The notes under the pieces are model-generated. The model did no database searches, was not told the DNA's origin, and saw only the letters and a list, made by a program, of their open reading frames with translations. The translations under genes and the position numbers were made by a program. From Azolla caroliniana (Eukaryota > Plantae > Polypodiophyta), in contig JBHGNT010000017.1 in assembly GCA_043228905.1 (NCBI GenBank), positions 14,942,001 to 15,006,000 of the forward strand: a stretch of DNA of 64,000 bases. Reading direction: 5' to 3'. Below, one piece after another: positions 12,277 through 24,542 of this stretch (position 1 is its first letter; each line of letters begins with the position of its first letter).

Positions 12277-15200
12277 TCAATTAGATTCCTCCATGTCTTC
12301 ATTTACATCCGCCCTATTATGTTCATCGTCGAGGTAATCGAGGTCAGGATCCTTGTCTTGTCTTTTCTTGAAAATCTTTACTCTTTTTCCCGCAATGGGT
12401 ACAGCCAACCTTGATCCGTCTAGTTCCGCAAGGTGGTATGTGGCATTATCATTGGCACTTGTCACCACATACGGCCTGAACCATCTTCTTGCGAACTTCC
12501 TTGTTGTACTGTGTTGATTGTCAAGGGTGTTGTCGTAAACCAAAACCAAATCCCCTTCTTCAATCTTCTTGGGATGAAGTCGATGCGTGTTGTCGAACCG
12601 AACCTTGTTCTTTACTCGGGTTGCCTTCATCATCTTTCGCGCTTTTTCTAAATCTTCAGGTCTTCTTTCAAGTTGCCTTATCCACGCCGCTAATAACTCT
12701 TCTCGGCTCATCTCGTTCTCCCACGGTATCGCTACCCATGAGGCGATCGTCCTTTCGATGGGCATAATCGGCTTTTGTCCATACATAAGCTCCGTCGGCA
12801 TATACCCTGTCACCGAGCTATGTGTCGTTCTATCGGCCCACAAGGCATAGGGTAATAGTCGTGGCCAATTCCCGACACGACCGTTGCATGCCCATACGAT
12901 GGCTTTAACAATAGGTCCATGCCCTCGCTCGATCTTCCCATTTGCTTCCAGATTGTAGGCAGTCGTGAGGGAGAGCTTCACGCCTAGTCTTTCGAAGAGC
13001 TCCGTCGCTTTGTGCGCATCCAACTCCCCTCGGTCGGCCACTATCTTCCCTACACATCCATATCGGCAAACAACATCTTCAAGTAGAAATTTGCAAACGG
13101 TTGAAGTCGTCTTATTTGTCAAGGCTCGTACTTCCACTTGATTTGTCAAGTCTTCCCTTGCCAGCGCTAAGTACTTCATTTGTCCCACTCCCATTGGCAT
13201 CGAGACCAGATCCACCATCCATTTGAAGTGTATGGTGAGTGCGTATGTCGGCTTTAACTCATCACGATGACGTATATTTGAATATACTTGGCAAGTTTCG
13301 CATGTGGACACGAAATGGAGTACATCTTTGTACATGCTTGGCCACCAGTACTTCTCCTTCAACTTTTCGAACGTCGCCCATGTTCCTCTATGACCTGCCC
13401 AAGCACTCTCGTGCAATTCGGTCATCAGCGTCTCTTGCTCTTCTTTCTTTACCACCACTCGACGTGGTATTCCTGTCCTTCTTTTTGGATGTTTCCAAAG
13501 GAATCCTCCCTTCAAGAAGTATCGGTAAGCTTTCTTTCGGATTCGTAGGGCGTCCTCCTTTGTCAACGAAGCATCTGTTGTCAATGTTCTTAGGAATCTA
13601 CCGATGCGTGTCCTGGTCTTCCGCCGACAATCGAGCCATCTTGAAGAAGTCGAGGGCAACATCTTCATCTTCCGAAACCATGTTACTTCCCTTTGAAAAT
13701 CTTGCCCTCGACAGCATGTCAGCCATGGCGTTCTTCTTCCCTGCAATGTTACGGATCTCTGGGTTTAAAGACTTGATGTAGGCAATCCACCTTAGCATAG
13801 CAAGATCTGGGGTCGCACATCCCGAGACCATTCCGAGAATTGGGAGACAATCTGTCTCTATTATCACTTCTGACCCGATCAGGTAATCTTTGTCCGTCTT
13901 CACTGCCAACACAATACCCCAAAGTTCCCGCTTGACTTGGGCATATCTTTGTTGCCGTTCGTTGAGAACCTTTGCTCCGAACCGGATGGCATATCGCGCA
14001 TTATCTTCACCTTCTTGATTGATGACCCACCCGATTCCGGTTGGGCTCGTATCTACGGTCACGTAAATTGGTTTCCCTTCGGCATAGTCGGCCTTCCTTA
14101 GTGTCAGAGCTTCAAGAAGCAGTTTTTTTAATCTTCGCATCGCCTTTGTGTGCTCGTCTCGCCATTCGAACTTTATTCTTTTCTTTAGTAGTCCATATAA
14201 CAGTTCGGCGACGTGAGCGTAGTGAGGAATCCATATATGATAAAACGCGCACACTCCAAGGAACCTTCGAACCTCCGTTTGGTTTTCGCATTCTTCTTTC
14301 ATGTCTTGGATTGCATTCACTTTGGATGGCAAGGGCTTCCGGCCGTATGCTCCACACAAGTGACCTACCACCAAGATCTCTGGTTGCCCGAATGCAGATT
14401 TTTCTCCCGAAAATGTCAAATTCGCATCTTCGAGCCTTTGAAGCACCTTCTCGCAATCTTTCATATGATCCGTAATGAACTTTCTACAACCTTCCTTATC
14501 TTTCGATTCATCTTTCTCCTCATCCGAACATCCTTTTATCGGAATATCATCCAAGAATGGCATCGTGGTGTCCGGAATGCAATCCTTCAAGACTTTATTC
14601 ATGGCATTCAGCATATGAGCCACCGAGTTCGTTGCGCCTTGGGGTAAGGTACACATCCGCACAAGCCCGATCGGAGTCCTCATGGTTGTAATGTCCCGAC
14701 TATCGATCGCCAATTGGAATTGGTCATATCCGGAGTAGAGATCGCCAATGGAGTAGATGGACCGGCCCGCAAACGCTTTGGCAAATTCGTCCACGCTCGG
14801 ACCGATTCTGGCATTTCGAATTGTCACCTTGTTGACGGGTTGAAGATCTTGGATGAATCGCAATGATCCATTCTTCTTCGGCACCGTGAACCACCTATTG
14901 GAATAAGGAGCATTCGACGGTTCTAGAATTCCCATACTCACCTTCTCCTTTAAGAGCTCGATCAGCTTCAGAAGGTGTGCTCTCGGAACCGGTATCGGTT
15001 TCAAATTCCAAGGCACATGAGGCACCGTGAAGATCACCATCGGCTCTATAACCTTTGGGTCGACGCATCCGATTTCTCGTGGGAAGAATGCGAAAGCCTT
15101 CCCATGTCTCTCAAGCATATCGCGAAACATTCGCTCCTCTTCAGGGAGAAGGAAATCCTCCTTTCCAACTCGTAGCTTCCCCTTCGTCTCTTTGGTGAAG

Positions 15201-15718
15201 ACATGACCTATCTTCTTCGGATCTCTTAAGCTTGGATCGTTAGCGACTTCCTTCATCTTTTGCCAGCTATCTTCCGGTAGCGGAACCGCAACTGGCTTGA
15301 TCTTCTTATCCACCGTTTTATATTTCGTGTTGATGTCAGCTTCCTTCATCGAGATGCCACGACGGTATTCATCGATGATAGCGTACATGTTGACGGAGTT
15401 AACCAAAATCACGCGTTGGTTGTGAAGATAGCTCAAGTCCACAACGTCCTCGATTTCGCCGATGGTGTCGTTAAATGAGGCTTCTTCCATAATATGAGTC
15501 ACGAACTCTCCTTCTTCTATTATGTTCTCTTCTTTCAGCATCTTCTCGAATTCTTGTATCCGGCGCTTGTGCTTCTTGTCGAGCAGTACTAGTTTACATG
15601 CGCCACTAGGTGTGACACATGTTGCTTCTCCTTGCAATCCACGCACTCTTCTTTCTTGTGGGGTCTTGTGATTGCTCGGACTATTTGTGCCCCGTGCTTC
15701 AATAGTCCGCTCTAACAA
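12277..15718 (-). pseudogene. pol: Gypsy D RT-RNase H-integrase (frameshifted near 13600 by a small deletion)
   Basis: LPQGATNS, FLDD, TDCLP; HESAWAGH...CETC zinc finger; WMVDLV, ADRG, NGKIER. Confidence 0.92.
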
Positions 15719-17892
15719 TCCGAGGATTCACCTCCGAGACTATCTCGATTCCTTTCATGATTGGCTCGCACCGTTAGGAATTGGACCGATCTTTGGTTGT
15801 CAAGACTCTTTATTCGTGCGAAGGCTGCTCCATTATCGAACACTTTGGTCTCCATCCGAGATGATGTGATATAAGGTTTCCCTAGGATGACAGGATGCGA
15901 CGCCGATTCTTGTACGAAGAAGTGTTGATCCATCTCCACATCTCCAATCGTGACTTTGACATTGGGACAAGCTCCGTACAAGTCCTCCGTAGACTTTGTT
16001 GCTACGCAAATCTTCCATCTTCCCTTTTTGTAGAAGTCGGTTGACATGAGATTGATCTCCGAGCCGTGGTCGATCAAGGCTACGACGGTCTCTTTCTTCT
16101 CCCCGATCTTCATCGGCGTCTCCGTTGTCGCTCGTGCCCAATGAGGTCGAGTGTAGTGGTTTTCCACCATATCTTCATCGATTTCGTCTCTTGCCATCGT
16201 TATGGCATTCGTTTTTGCTTTTTGCGGCTTCTCTTCTTCCTCGTCCGATTATTGTCTCTTTCTCTTTACAAGGTCCACGATCGTGTCATGGAACTCCTTC
16301 TTCGTAATGCCAAGCAATTCCCTCAAGGACAAAGTTACGTGGCTATCAAGAACTCGTTCTTCGAGAATCTTCTTTAGGTCCGTCGTCTGCTCTATGTCCG
16401 ACCTTAGCTTATAGCTAGGTATAGTCCTTGTCCTCCGAGCAGGGTCTTCGACACCAACCTTCACGGGCCGAACCGTTTCTTCAACTCGTATGCTCGGCTC
16501 CCCTTTTCGGCTTGATTCTCGTTCCTCCGTTTGTAAAGGTCGACTCGTCTCCGTATCGTCCTTCTTTTTCCCGTTCCTTGTTTCATGTCTTTTTGATGGG
16601 CCTTGCTCTTCTATTCTCTTTCTCTTTTCTTCGCCGAACACCTCGTGGTTGTCGTACATCACCTCTGCGAGTATGGTGTTGTCGTCCACCGGATCCGACC
16701 ACCCGGTTATGCTTTGCACGCTTCGGTCCGCAAGCTCTACCTCGTTCGATGTGACTTTTCCCTTCTTCTCATATTCGAGAACGGAAGTCCAAAACTTTGC
16801 TCCCGCTCTAGCAGCTTCAGTCTTGTCTTTCCCGACTCTTATTTCGGCTGACGCAGCATAGTGCATCGCATCCACATGAGTCGCATCGGCATCCTCCATA
16901 GATATCTTCATTCCTCCTCTTCCGAAATTCACCCGTAGGGGTCTTCTAGTCTCGCTTGAACAGATCATGTTGTCCTCTATGTATACAATATTTTGTCGAA
17001 TCGCCTCTCGAAGGCTCGCACAATCCCTTCTCATGTGGTCCATGCTATCACACCACACGCATCTAAAGGGTTCTTTTCCTTTAGGGCCCCGACGATTCAT
17101 GTTGGCTAGCGTGACCTTCTCGAACTTCTTCGCTAGCTCTTCAATGATGTTGTCATCAATCTTCTTTTCTTCCACGTTACTTTGTCTCAGCGGCTCAGCT
17201 ACTTTCGGCGGTCTTGCTTTCTCCGTGGTAGTCGGTCCCGTCAAGTCGGTGTCATCAACCCATTGGCGACGCTTGTCAAGCCTATTGCATGCCCGCTTCA
17301 CCGCGATCCAGTCCGCTACGAGCCCATTTGCTTGGGTATCATCTTCGAGAAGAGTCCCCAACTCCCGTCTATCCTTTATGTCCACGGCCTCCAAGAAGTA
17401 CAAAGTCTTGTCCTCTTCAAGCAACACTTGGTCCGTATTGGGGAGACGACTAAACATCTGGTCGAATTCGTCGTACACCCTCGAGACGCTCATCTTCTTA
17501 TTCTTCTTCTCTATCCACTTCATCAGGGCATGTCGAGTCATCTTTGTTGAGTCTTCAGTCACGAACTCCGCTAGTATCGTTTTCTCGAACTCGGACCATG
17601 TTGTCTTACCTTCTTGAAGCTCGATGACGCGTCTTTGGATGTTGTTGGCGACAACTCTCTTGAAACTTGCGATTTGACGTGCCTCGGACACGTCCCTCTG
17701 ATTCATCTCCCTTCTATATGCATCAAGGAACTTCGTAACATTCCTTCCATCGAATTGGCCCTCGAGCTCTACGACACGATCGACAGCCTTCTCCACGCTC
17801 ACGTCGTTGTCCCGAGATCTCATCATTTGCTCGACGATTAACATCATCCTTTCGAGCTCTCCCGCTTGGTTGCTTGAGGACACCATCTCCAA
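15712..17892 (-). pseudogene. Gypsy D gag-protease (one frame, premature TAA at 16249)
   Basis: FDGRNVTKFL gag motif, CVWCDSMDHMRRDC knuckle, ALIDHGSEINL protease; ORFs 16249-17892 and 15712-16197 share a frame. Confidence 0.88.
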
Positions 17893-19083
17893 GTATTAAT
17901 CTCCACTTGATCCTTCCTACCGCCTCTTTCACGTCGGGTTCACCACTTAATTATGTCGTGAAGATCCGTCACTACGCGCGAATCGTGAGGCGGAACCGCC
18001 GGGGTTCTGGACCGGAAGGATTCAAAGTCGGTACAAGCTTTGGCGAGAAAGTACTTAAGATAGATTGGGAAAGAGAGAAGTTGAAATTAAACGATTGAGA
18101 GAGATTGATTGAAGTTTTATCTTTGGATTTAAGAAACAAGTTACACCATCAATTTGATAACGAATTTCTTCTTCTTAATTTCATAATAAAAAAATCGTGT
18201 TTTTTCTCCTCCCCCTTCCTTCTTTTATAGATGCTCTCATGCATATGATGCATGTGAGGGTACAAGACATGCATAAATTGCATGTTTGCCATTTGGCGCT
18301 TATGTATTACATGTGGTGCATGATAACCATGTCACTCATTTTAGCTTTCATGTATGAGAATTTACATATAAAAGTACAATGATAGAAATATAATTTCAAC
18401 TAAATAGCATGGCTTAATGGTAAGGCAATTGACTCCTAACTTGGAGGTGCAAGGTTCGAATCCTTACTTGCCCTCCTTGTATATGTATATATATTTATAT
18501 TTATTTATCTAGTCGTCGGTTCGTCGGATGCCGTCGGTTACCGGTGCCTTGCCGAATGCCGTCGTCTCACCGGCGCCGGATTGCCGCCGGATCACCGGCT
18601 CCATTGCCGGTCCGGTTTCGGCCAACCAAAACCCTTTACGAGTAGCTAGCCCACCTCCACTCTTAGTTCAAGTTACCTTGAACTCTCTATGCTCCACACA
18701 TAGACACAAAGATAATATCTTTTGCTCTACCTTATATATGATGAGAACCGTATTTGTCGTGCCTATGTGGGATATCTCACAATTTTCTCTTTTCCTTTCA
18801 CAAACTTTATACTCTCATATCTTGACATTTAGTTGTCCGTTTCTCGTGTAATAAAGTGCATTCGAAACCTCCATCATTTTGTACTTAGATATTAAATTTA
18901 TTTAAAATGTTATCTTCACAATTATTGTATTATGTGATTCATACTCGATTTCGTACGTTTTATGGGATTTTCACACTATTGCCGAAAATCTTCACGACAG
19001 CGGCGGAACTCCAATAGCTACGGGCAGACGTGGCAAACCGGCGGAAGGAAGGAGATGATTGTTATACGTTGACTTCCGAGGAC

Positions 19084-19169
19084 TGTTGGGGACGAGGTCG
19101 TCTATGCGGAAGATCAAGAAGCATTCGATTGGTGTTTGAATACCTGCGTATGACAGTTTCTAGGTCGTT

Positions 19170-19204
<35 letters not shown>

Positions 19205-22200
19205 CACAAAAGACTTTCTATTCAATAGAAACAATAATACAACACCCAACCTTACAAAAAGGTTACAAGGTCACTATATATAGTGACCGACTTAGGGCAA
19301 CTACCATTTATGCTAATTACACAAATGGCCCAAAGGGATAGTGTGAATACGTCCATTATACACTTGTATTTGACACTCCCCCGTAATGGGCGTATACATG
19401 GGTTATCTAAGATTACAGGTATAGACTTAGGTTCTCGGGCATATCAGATTTGTTCGAGTCGGCAGGGTCCGAAGGCAGAAGACCGAACTGGTCGGGTCGG
19501 AGCAGTTGAAGCCGATCATTAAGGAACTGATGTCGGTTGTCGGGAACCATCCTGCTCTGTGTCCGGCTCTAACCGGACTGGTTTGTCGTTACGCCCATCT
19601 GATGCCGAAGAGACCGAAAGCGGTCTGCCAAAAGACACTTGGTCATTCCATCTGCGACATTGTCGGTTGTGGATATTTTCTCTAGACCGATTTTCCCTGA
19701 AATGACGCAGTCCCGAACGAAGTGATATCGAACGTCGATATGTTTGGAGGCGTTGTGGTGAACCGGATTTTTCGACAAGGCAACAGCACCTTGACTGTCG
19801 CTGTAGACAACTGGAGCCGAGTCATGGTCGACTTGTCGAAACGTGTGCGCCAGCCGACCGAGCCACAAAGCTTCTTTTGCTGCGTCGGACGCAGCTACAT
19901 ATTCTGCTTCGGTCGTTGAGGTCGCTGTGCACTCCTGAAGTTTCGACTTCCACGAGATTACTCCATTGCCGAATTTGAAGCAGTATCCGGTTGTTGATTT
20001 CCGACTGTCTATACAGCCGGCGAAATCCGAGTCGGTGTAACCGACTACGCCTGAGGTTCGGTTCGGACCGAAAAGAATGCCGTGGTCTTTTGTGCCAGCC
20101 AGATATCTGAACACATGCTTGACTGCGTTCCAATGCGATCGGCCAGGATTGTGCATAAATCTGCTAACGACTCCTACGGCATGAGAAATATCAGGCCGTG
20201 TCGCGACCATCAGGTACATAAGGGAGCCGACTGCCGGTGCATACGGTACCGACTTCATATCTTCCCCCTCCGGACCGGATGTCGGGCAGTCTCGCTGAGA
20301 GAGCCGAAGATTCATTGGGAGCGGGGTTGAAGCAGATTTGGCTGATTGCATGTTTAAGCGTTCCAAGACACGTCGGATATAGTCGGTCTGAGACAAAAAA
20401 AGATGTCGTTTATCGCGATGCCGACTAATCTTCATGCCGAGTATGTGGTGTGCCGGACCGAGGTCCTTCATGGCAAACTTCAACCGCAGTTGCCGAATCT
20501 GATCGGCAAGTTCGCCCGCGTGGCGTCCAGAAATTAGCATGTCGTCCACGTAAATGATGAGGAAGATGGGTGATCCATCTTGAGCTGTGTTGGTGAAGAG
20601 ACAATGGTCCTCATCGCTTTTGGAGAAGCCGATCGATTGGATGAAGTCGTCGAACTTCTTGTACCATTGTCGTGGTGCCTGTTTGAGGCCGTATAGACTC
20701 TTCCTGAGTCGGCAGACTAGATGTTCTTGGCCAGTTGCCACGAAGCCTTTTGGCTGCTCCATATAGATTTCCTCCTCGAGATCACCATGGAGGAAGGCTG
20801 TTTTGACATCTAGCTGAATCAGCTCCAAGTTGTCGGCTGCCACTACGCCGAGTAGAAAACGAAGGGTTGTCATTTTCACCACTGGTGAAAAAATCTCGTC
20901 GAAGTCGACGCCATATTCTTGTCGGAAGCCCTTCGCAACTAATCTGGCCTTGTACTTTGGGGTGGTCGAATCAGACGTCTCTTTTAGTCGATAAACCCAC
21001 TTGCAAGGAAGAGCACGTCGGTTCTTAGGTAATTCGACCAGATCCCAAGTCTTGTTTGCCCGAATGGAGTGCATTTCCGACTCCATCGCCAGATGCCAGG
21101 TGGTTGAATCGACAGATGTCGATGCTTCTTCGTAAGACGTCGGTTCGCCGGCGTCAGTGAAGAAAATTCCAGGAGAGTACCTCTCCGGAGGTTGCGACAG
21201 TCTCTCGGATCGTCGAGGTATGATTGGGCTGGTCGCATCGGGTATCGTGGTCGGATGGTCCGAAAGCGGATTGTTCTGCTGTGCCGAGTCGGAGTTGTCC
21301 GAGTCGGTAGTGTAAGGTTCAGCTACCCGTGAAGCTGACCGTGTGTTGAGAGCGGGGCCTTCTTGAAGGGTCGGCACATCGGAAAATGTTACCCTTCGGA
21401 CTTCGATCGGTTTTTCGACTGATGGATTCATAGCCGACTCGTTGAACACAACGTCTGAACTTCGGACGATTTGTCTGCGTTCGGGATCCCAGAGTCGGTA
21501 TCCCATTTCGCCGTCGGATCCATATCCAAGGAAAATGCATTTCCTGGACCGAGGTGCAAGTTTTCGGCGATCATCTTTCGGAATAAGGGCGTACGCCTCG
21601 CATCCGAAGATCCTCAGCTTGTCGTAATTCGGCTTACTGCAGATCCATAGTTCCTGAGGAATTTGAAGTCCTAGAGGTCTACTTGGCGACATATTGATTA
21701 TGTGTACTGCCGTGAGTAGAGCCTCTGCCCAGAAGCCATCCGACAGTCCGGAGTGTTGGAGCATGGAAACTATCCTTTCTTGGATTGTCCGATTCATTCG
21801 TTCTGCAATCCCGTTTTGCTCCGGACTGTGTGGTGCCGTAAATTCACGTCGGATGCCGCGTTGTCGGCAGAATTTGACGAATTCTTCTGATTTGAACTCT
21901 CCCCCATTGTCGGTTCGAAAGCATTTCAGTTTTCGGTCGGTTTGATTTTCTACCATAGCGAGCCAATCTGAGAAGATCGAGAAGACCCGATCTTTGGTGC
22001 GAATCGGATAAGCCCACACCTTTCGAGTCGAATCGTCAATAAAAGTGACGAAGTAAGAGGCACCGCCGAGAGACTGATGCGGCATTGGGCCACAGACGTC
22101 CGAGTGGACCAAATCGAGAGGTCTCGTTTCTCTTGGTGCTGATGTCGGGTGTGATGCGGCTGCTTGTTTGCCATACTGGCAATGCTCGCAGAATTGATGG

Positions 22201-24542
22201 TCGGAGAAGGAGAGTTTAGGGATGTATCCGGCTCTAGATAGATGCGTAATGCCGGCCTTGCTGAGGTGTCCTAATCTTCTGTGCCATAGTGATGACACAG
22301 GAATATCCACCAAAAACAGGTTACCCTCTCTGAGCGTAACATGTAACGGATACAGTGAGTGTATCTTGGGTCCTCTAGCAAGCAGGAGGTTCCCCCTGTG
22401 GAGTGTCCACCCTCCCGAAGAAAAACCGGCACGAATGCCGTCTTCATCTAGTTGTCCGACTGAGATCAATGGCCTTGAGAGCTCGGGTACATGTCGGACA
22501 TTGTGGAGTACAAGTGTAGAGCCACCTGCAAGGTTGAGATCTACTGTGCCGATTCCGATGATGTCACTGTGTTGTGAGTTGACGACTCGAACTGAGTCGG
22601 AGTGACGGATCGTATATTGCCGAAATTGGGATCGATGAGGAGTCACGTGAAATGACGTGCCCGAATCTAAGAGCCATGTGCTCGACTCGTCAGTCGTGAG
22701 TAGGACTTCTGATCCGACTGGATTTTCGATTGATAGTATATTCGGGTCGTCTGGTAGCACATCAGCTGAGAAGCTGACGTAATTGATCTCCTCATGCCGG
22801 CCACTCTTCTTGTTCTTGAGTGCGCGGCAGTCGGCTTTGATGTGTCCGGGTTTCTTGCAATAGTTGCAGATTCGGTTATCCCGTGACTGGCTCCGTCTTC
22901 GCTGATTGTTCGGCGGTCGTGAGGAATCTCTTCCTCGTATGTTCGATCGGTCTGTCGAACCTTGTACTACATAAGCGTCGTCTGTTGAGTCTTTGGCGAA
23001 AGACTTTCTCCGAGCTGCTTCGGTCAGGATTGCGCTCGTGACTTCGGAGTATTTAACAGCCGTGGTTGACGCGTTGCACACGGTTGTGACGAAAGTTTCC
23101 CATGATGAGGGAAGGCTACTCATGAGTATCATTGCTCTGAGTTCATCCTCGATTGCCGTCCCCTGTGACGAGATTTGGGAGCTTATGCTTTCGTACTCAT
23201 TGAGGTGTGCTTGAACCGAGTCGGATTCTTTCATCCGCAAGTTGTAGAGGCGCCGGATCAGAAACATCTTTGTTGCGGCGACCTTCTTTTCGTAAGTGTC
23301 CGACAGTGTTTTCCACAGTTCGAATGCTGTCGTACACGATTGCACCGTAAAGTATACCGATTCCGATAGGTGCATCCGAATCGTGGCGCGGACGATTCTG
23401 TCCAGCTTCTGCCACTCAATTGGTTTGTATCCTTCTGGAGGTTCTTCATTTTCGATGGGATCGATTTGCCCCTTGACTATGAGATAGTCCTGCATTTGCT
23501 CCTTCCAGAAGTTGAAGTTCGATCCATCGAACTTTCGTAGACTCATTTCTGGCGAGCCGGATGTTGATGCCATCAAATTTGGTTTCGGTTGACGAAGCTC
23601 GGTTCGGAGTTGACTACGAACCTTGTTGGAGTGCAGCCGGTTGGCTCACCCGATATCGTTCTAGTCGGATTTGAACCCGAGTCGGTTCGGCTTCGGAACT
23701 TGCTCGAATTGACTCCGGTAGCTTGAGGGACAGAACCGACTGGTCTTCCCGAATGTTGCCGAGTCGGAGTGAGCCCGGTTCGCTTCGGATATATATGCCG
23801 AATACCGATTATTGAAACCGATTATCTGGACCGATTCTGCTTCGGTTGACTGCAGCAACGAGAGAGACGGATCCAACTGATCCTCCCGAATGTCGATCAG
23901 CCAGATGAAGCACGAATTTGGGTTGTTGTCTTGAGACCGATCTGCACCGAGTGGTTACAATGAGCGGCGAGCAGCGTTTGATGACCTCTTCGGATGCCGT
24001 TTAACCGAGTGGAGCACGATCGTGTCAATGTTGCACAGGGGGACTTCACCTCGAGCAGTTACGATCACAGGGAACAGAGTACAGCCGGCTGGCTTACTCC
24101 AAGCAAAGATGATCTAACGCGATGAGATGCAAGCCTCGTTTCTCTTCTTCTTCTCTCTTCTTCGAATGACGCAGGAAACCGAATGCTGTGCAGGCTGAGA
24201 CGACGGCCGACAGCAGATTGAAGGACCGACTACTGTGCAGGCTCTGATACCAGATGTTGGGGACGAGGTCGTCTATGCGGAAGATCAAGAAGCATTCGAT
24301 TGGTGTTTGAATACCTGCGTATGACAGTTTCTAGGTCGTTGCACAGAGAGAGAGAGAGAGAGAGAGAGAGGCACAAAAGACTTTCTATTCAATAGAAACA
24401 ATAATACAACACCCAACCTTACAAAAAGGTTACAAGGTCACTATATATAGTGACCGACTTAGGGCAACTACCATTTATGCTAATTACACAAATGGCCCAA
24501 AGGGATAGTGTGAATACGTCCATTATACACTTGTATTCGACA
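19084..24542 (-). mobile_element. Intact Ty1/copia retrotransposon E1
   Basis: LTRs at 19084-19375 and 24255-24542 differ only in (AG)n length and about one base; PBS-Met at 24241-24252; PPT at 19376-19383; perfect TSD aggac. Confidence 0.97.
19569..23576 (-). CDS. Copia E1 Gag-Pol polyprotein, 1335 aa, uninterrupted
   Basis: Gag, CNYCKKPGHIKADC, WLLDSGTS, HSDVCG, RTDNGGEF, YVDD, RNase H. Confidence 0.97.
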   Translation of the reverse strand: MMASTSGSPEMSLRKFDGSNFNFWKEQMQDYLIVKGQIDPIENEEPPEGYKPIEWQKLDRIVRATIRMHLSESVYFTVQSCTTAFELWKTLSDTYEKKVAATKMFLIRRLYNLRMKESDSVQAHLNEYESISSQISSQGTAIEDELRAMILMSSLPSSWETFVTTVCNASTTAVKYSEVTSAILTEAARRKSFAKDSTDDAYVVQGSTDRSNIRGRDSSRPPNNQRRRSQSRDNRICNYCKKPGHIKADCRALKNKKSGRHEEINYVSFSADVLPDDPNILSIENPVGSEVLLTTDESSTWLLDSGTSFHVTPHRSQFRQYTIRHSDSVRVVNSQHSDIIGIGTVDLNLAGGSTLVLHNVRHVPELSRPLISVGQLDEDGIRAGFSSGGWTLHRGNLLLARGPKIHSLYPLHVTLREGNLFLVDIPVSSLWHRRLGHLSKAGITHLSRAGYIPKLSFSDHQFCEHCQYGKQAAASHPTSAPRETRPLDLVHSDVCGPMPHQSLGGASYFVTFIDDSTRKVWAYPIRTKDRVFSIFSDWLAMVENQTDRKLKCFRTDNGGEFKSEEFVKFCRQRGIRREFTAPHSPEQNGIAERMNRTIQERIVSMLQHSGLSDGFWAEALLTAVHIINMSPSRPLGLQIPQELWICSKPNYDKLRIFGCEAYALIPKDDRRKLAPRSRKCIFLGYGSDGEMGYRLWDPERRQIVRSSDVVFNESAMNPSVEKPIEVRRVTFSDVPTLQEGPALNTRSASRVAEPYTTDSDNSDSAQQNNPLSDHPTTIPDATSPIIPRRSERLSQPPERYSPGIFFTDAGEPTSYEEASTSVDSTTWHLAMESEMHSIRANKTWDLVELPKNRRALPCKWVYRLKETSDSTTPKYKARLVAKGFRQEYGVDFDEIFSPVVKMTTLRFLLGVVAADNLELIQLDVKTAFLHGDLEEEIYMEQPKGFVATGQEHLVCRLRKSLYGLKQAPRQWYKKFDDFIQSIGFSKSDEDHCLFTNTAQDGSPIFLIIYVDDMLISGRHAGELADQIRQLRLKFAMKDLGPAHHILGMKISRHRDKRHLFLSQTDYIRRVLERLNMQSAKSASTPLPMNLRLSQRDCPTSGPEGEDMKSVPYAPAVGSLMYLMVATRPDISHAVGVVSRFMHNPGRSHWNAVKHVFRYLAGTKDHGILFGPNRTSGVVGYTDSDFAGCIDSRKSTTGYCFKFGNGVISWKSKLQECTATSTTEAEYVAASDAAKEALWLGRLAHTFRQVDHDSAPVVYSDSQGAVALSKNPVHHNASKHIDVRYHFVRDCVISGKIGLEKISTTDNVADGMTKCLLADRFRSLRHQMGVTTNQSG

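Larger units (their letters stand above)
11140..18999 (-). mobile_element. Full-length Ty3/gypsy retrotransposon D (no chromodomain, tRNA-Trp primed)
   Basis: LTRs at 11140-12204 and 17954-18999; the 5' LTR has a 12-bp terminal inverted repeat tgtcgtgaagat; PBS TGGTGAACCCGACGTGAA at 17928-17945; PPT at 12205-12219; 4-bp TSD gcgg. Confidence 0.95.

Noticed and set aside
17928-17945. tRNA-Trp gene fragments (also 32735 and 48697)
   Set aside because: These are 18-nt primer-binding sites next to LTRs, including the CCA
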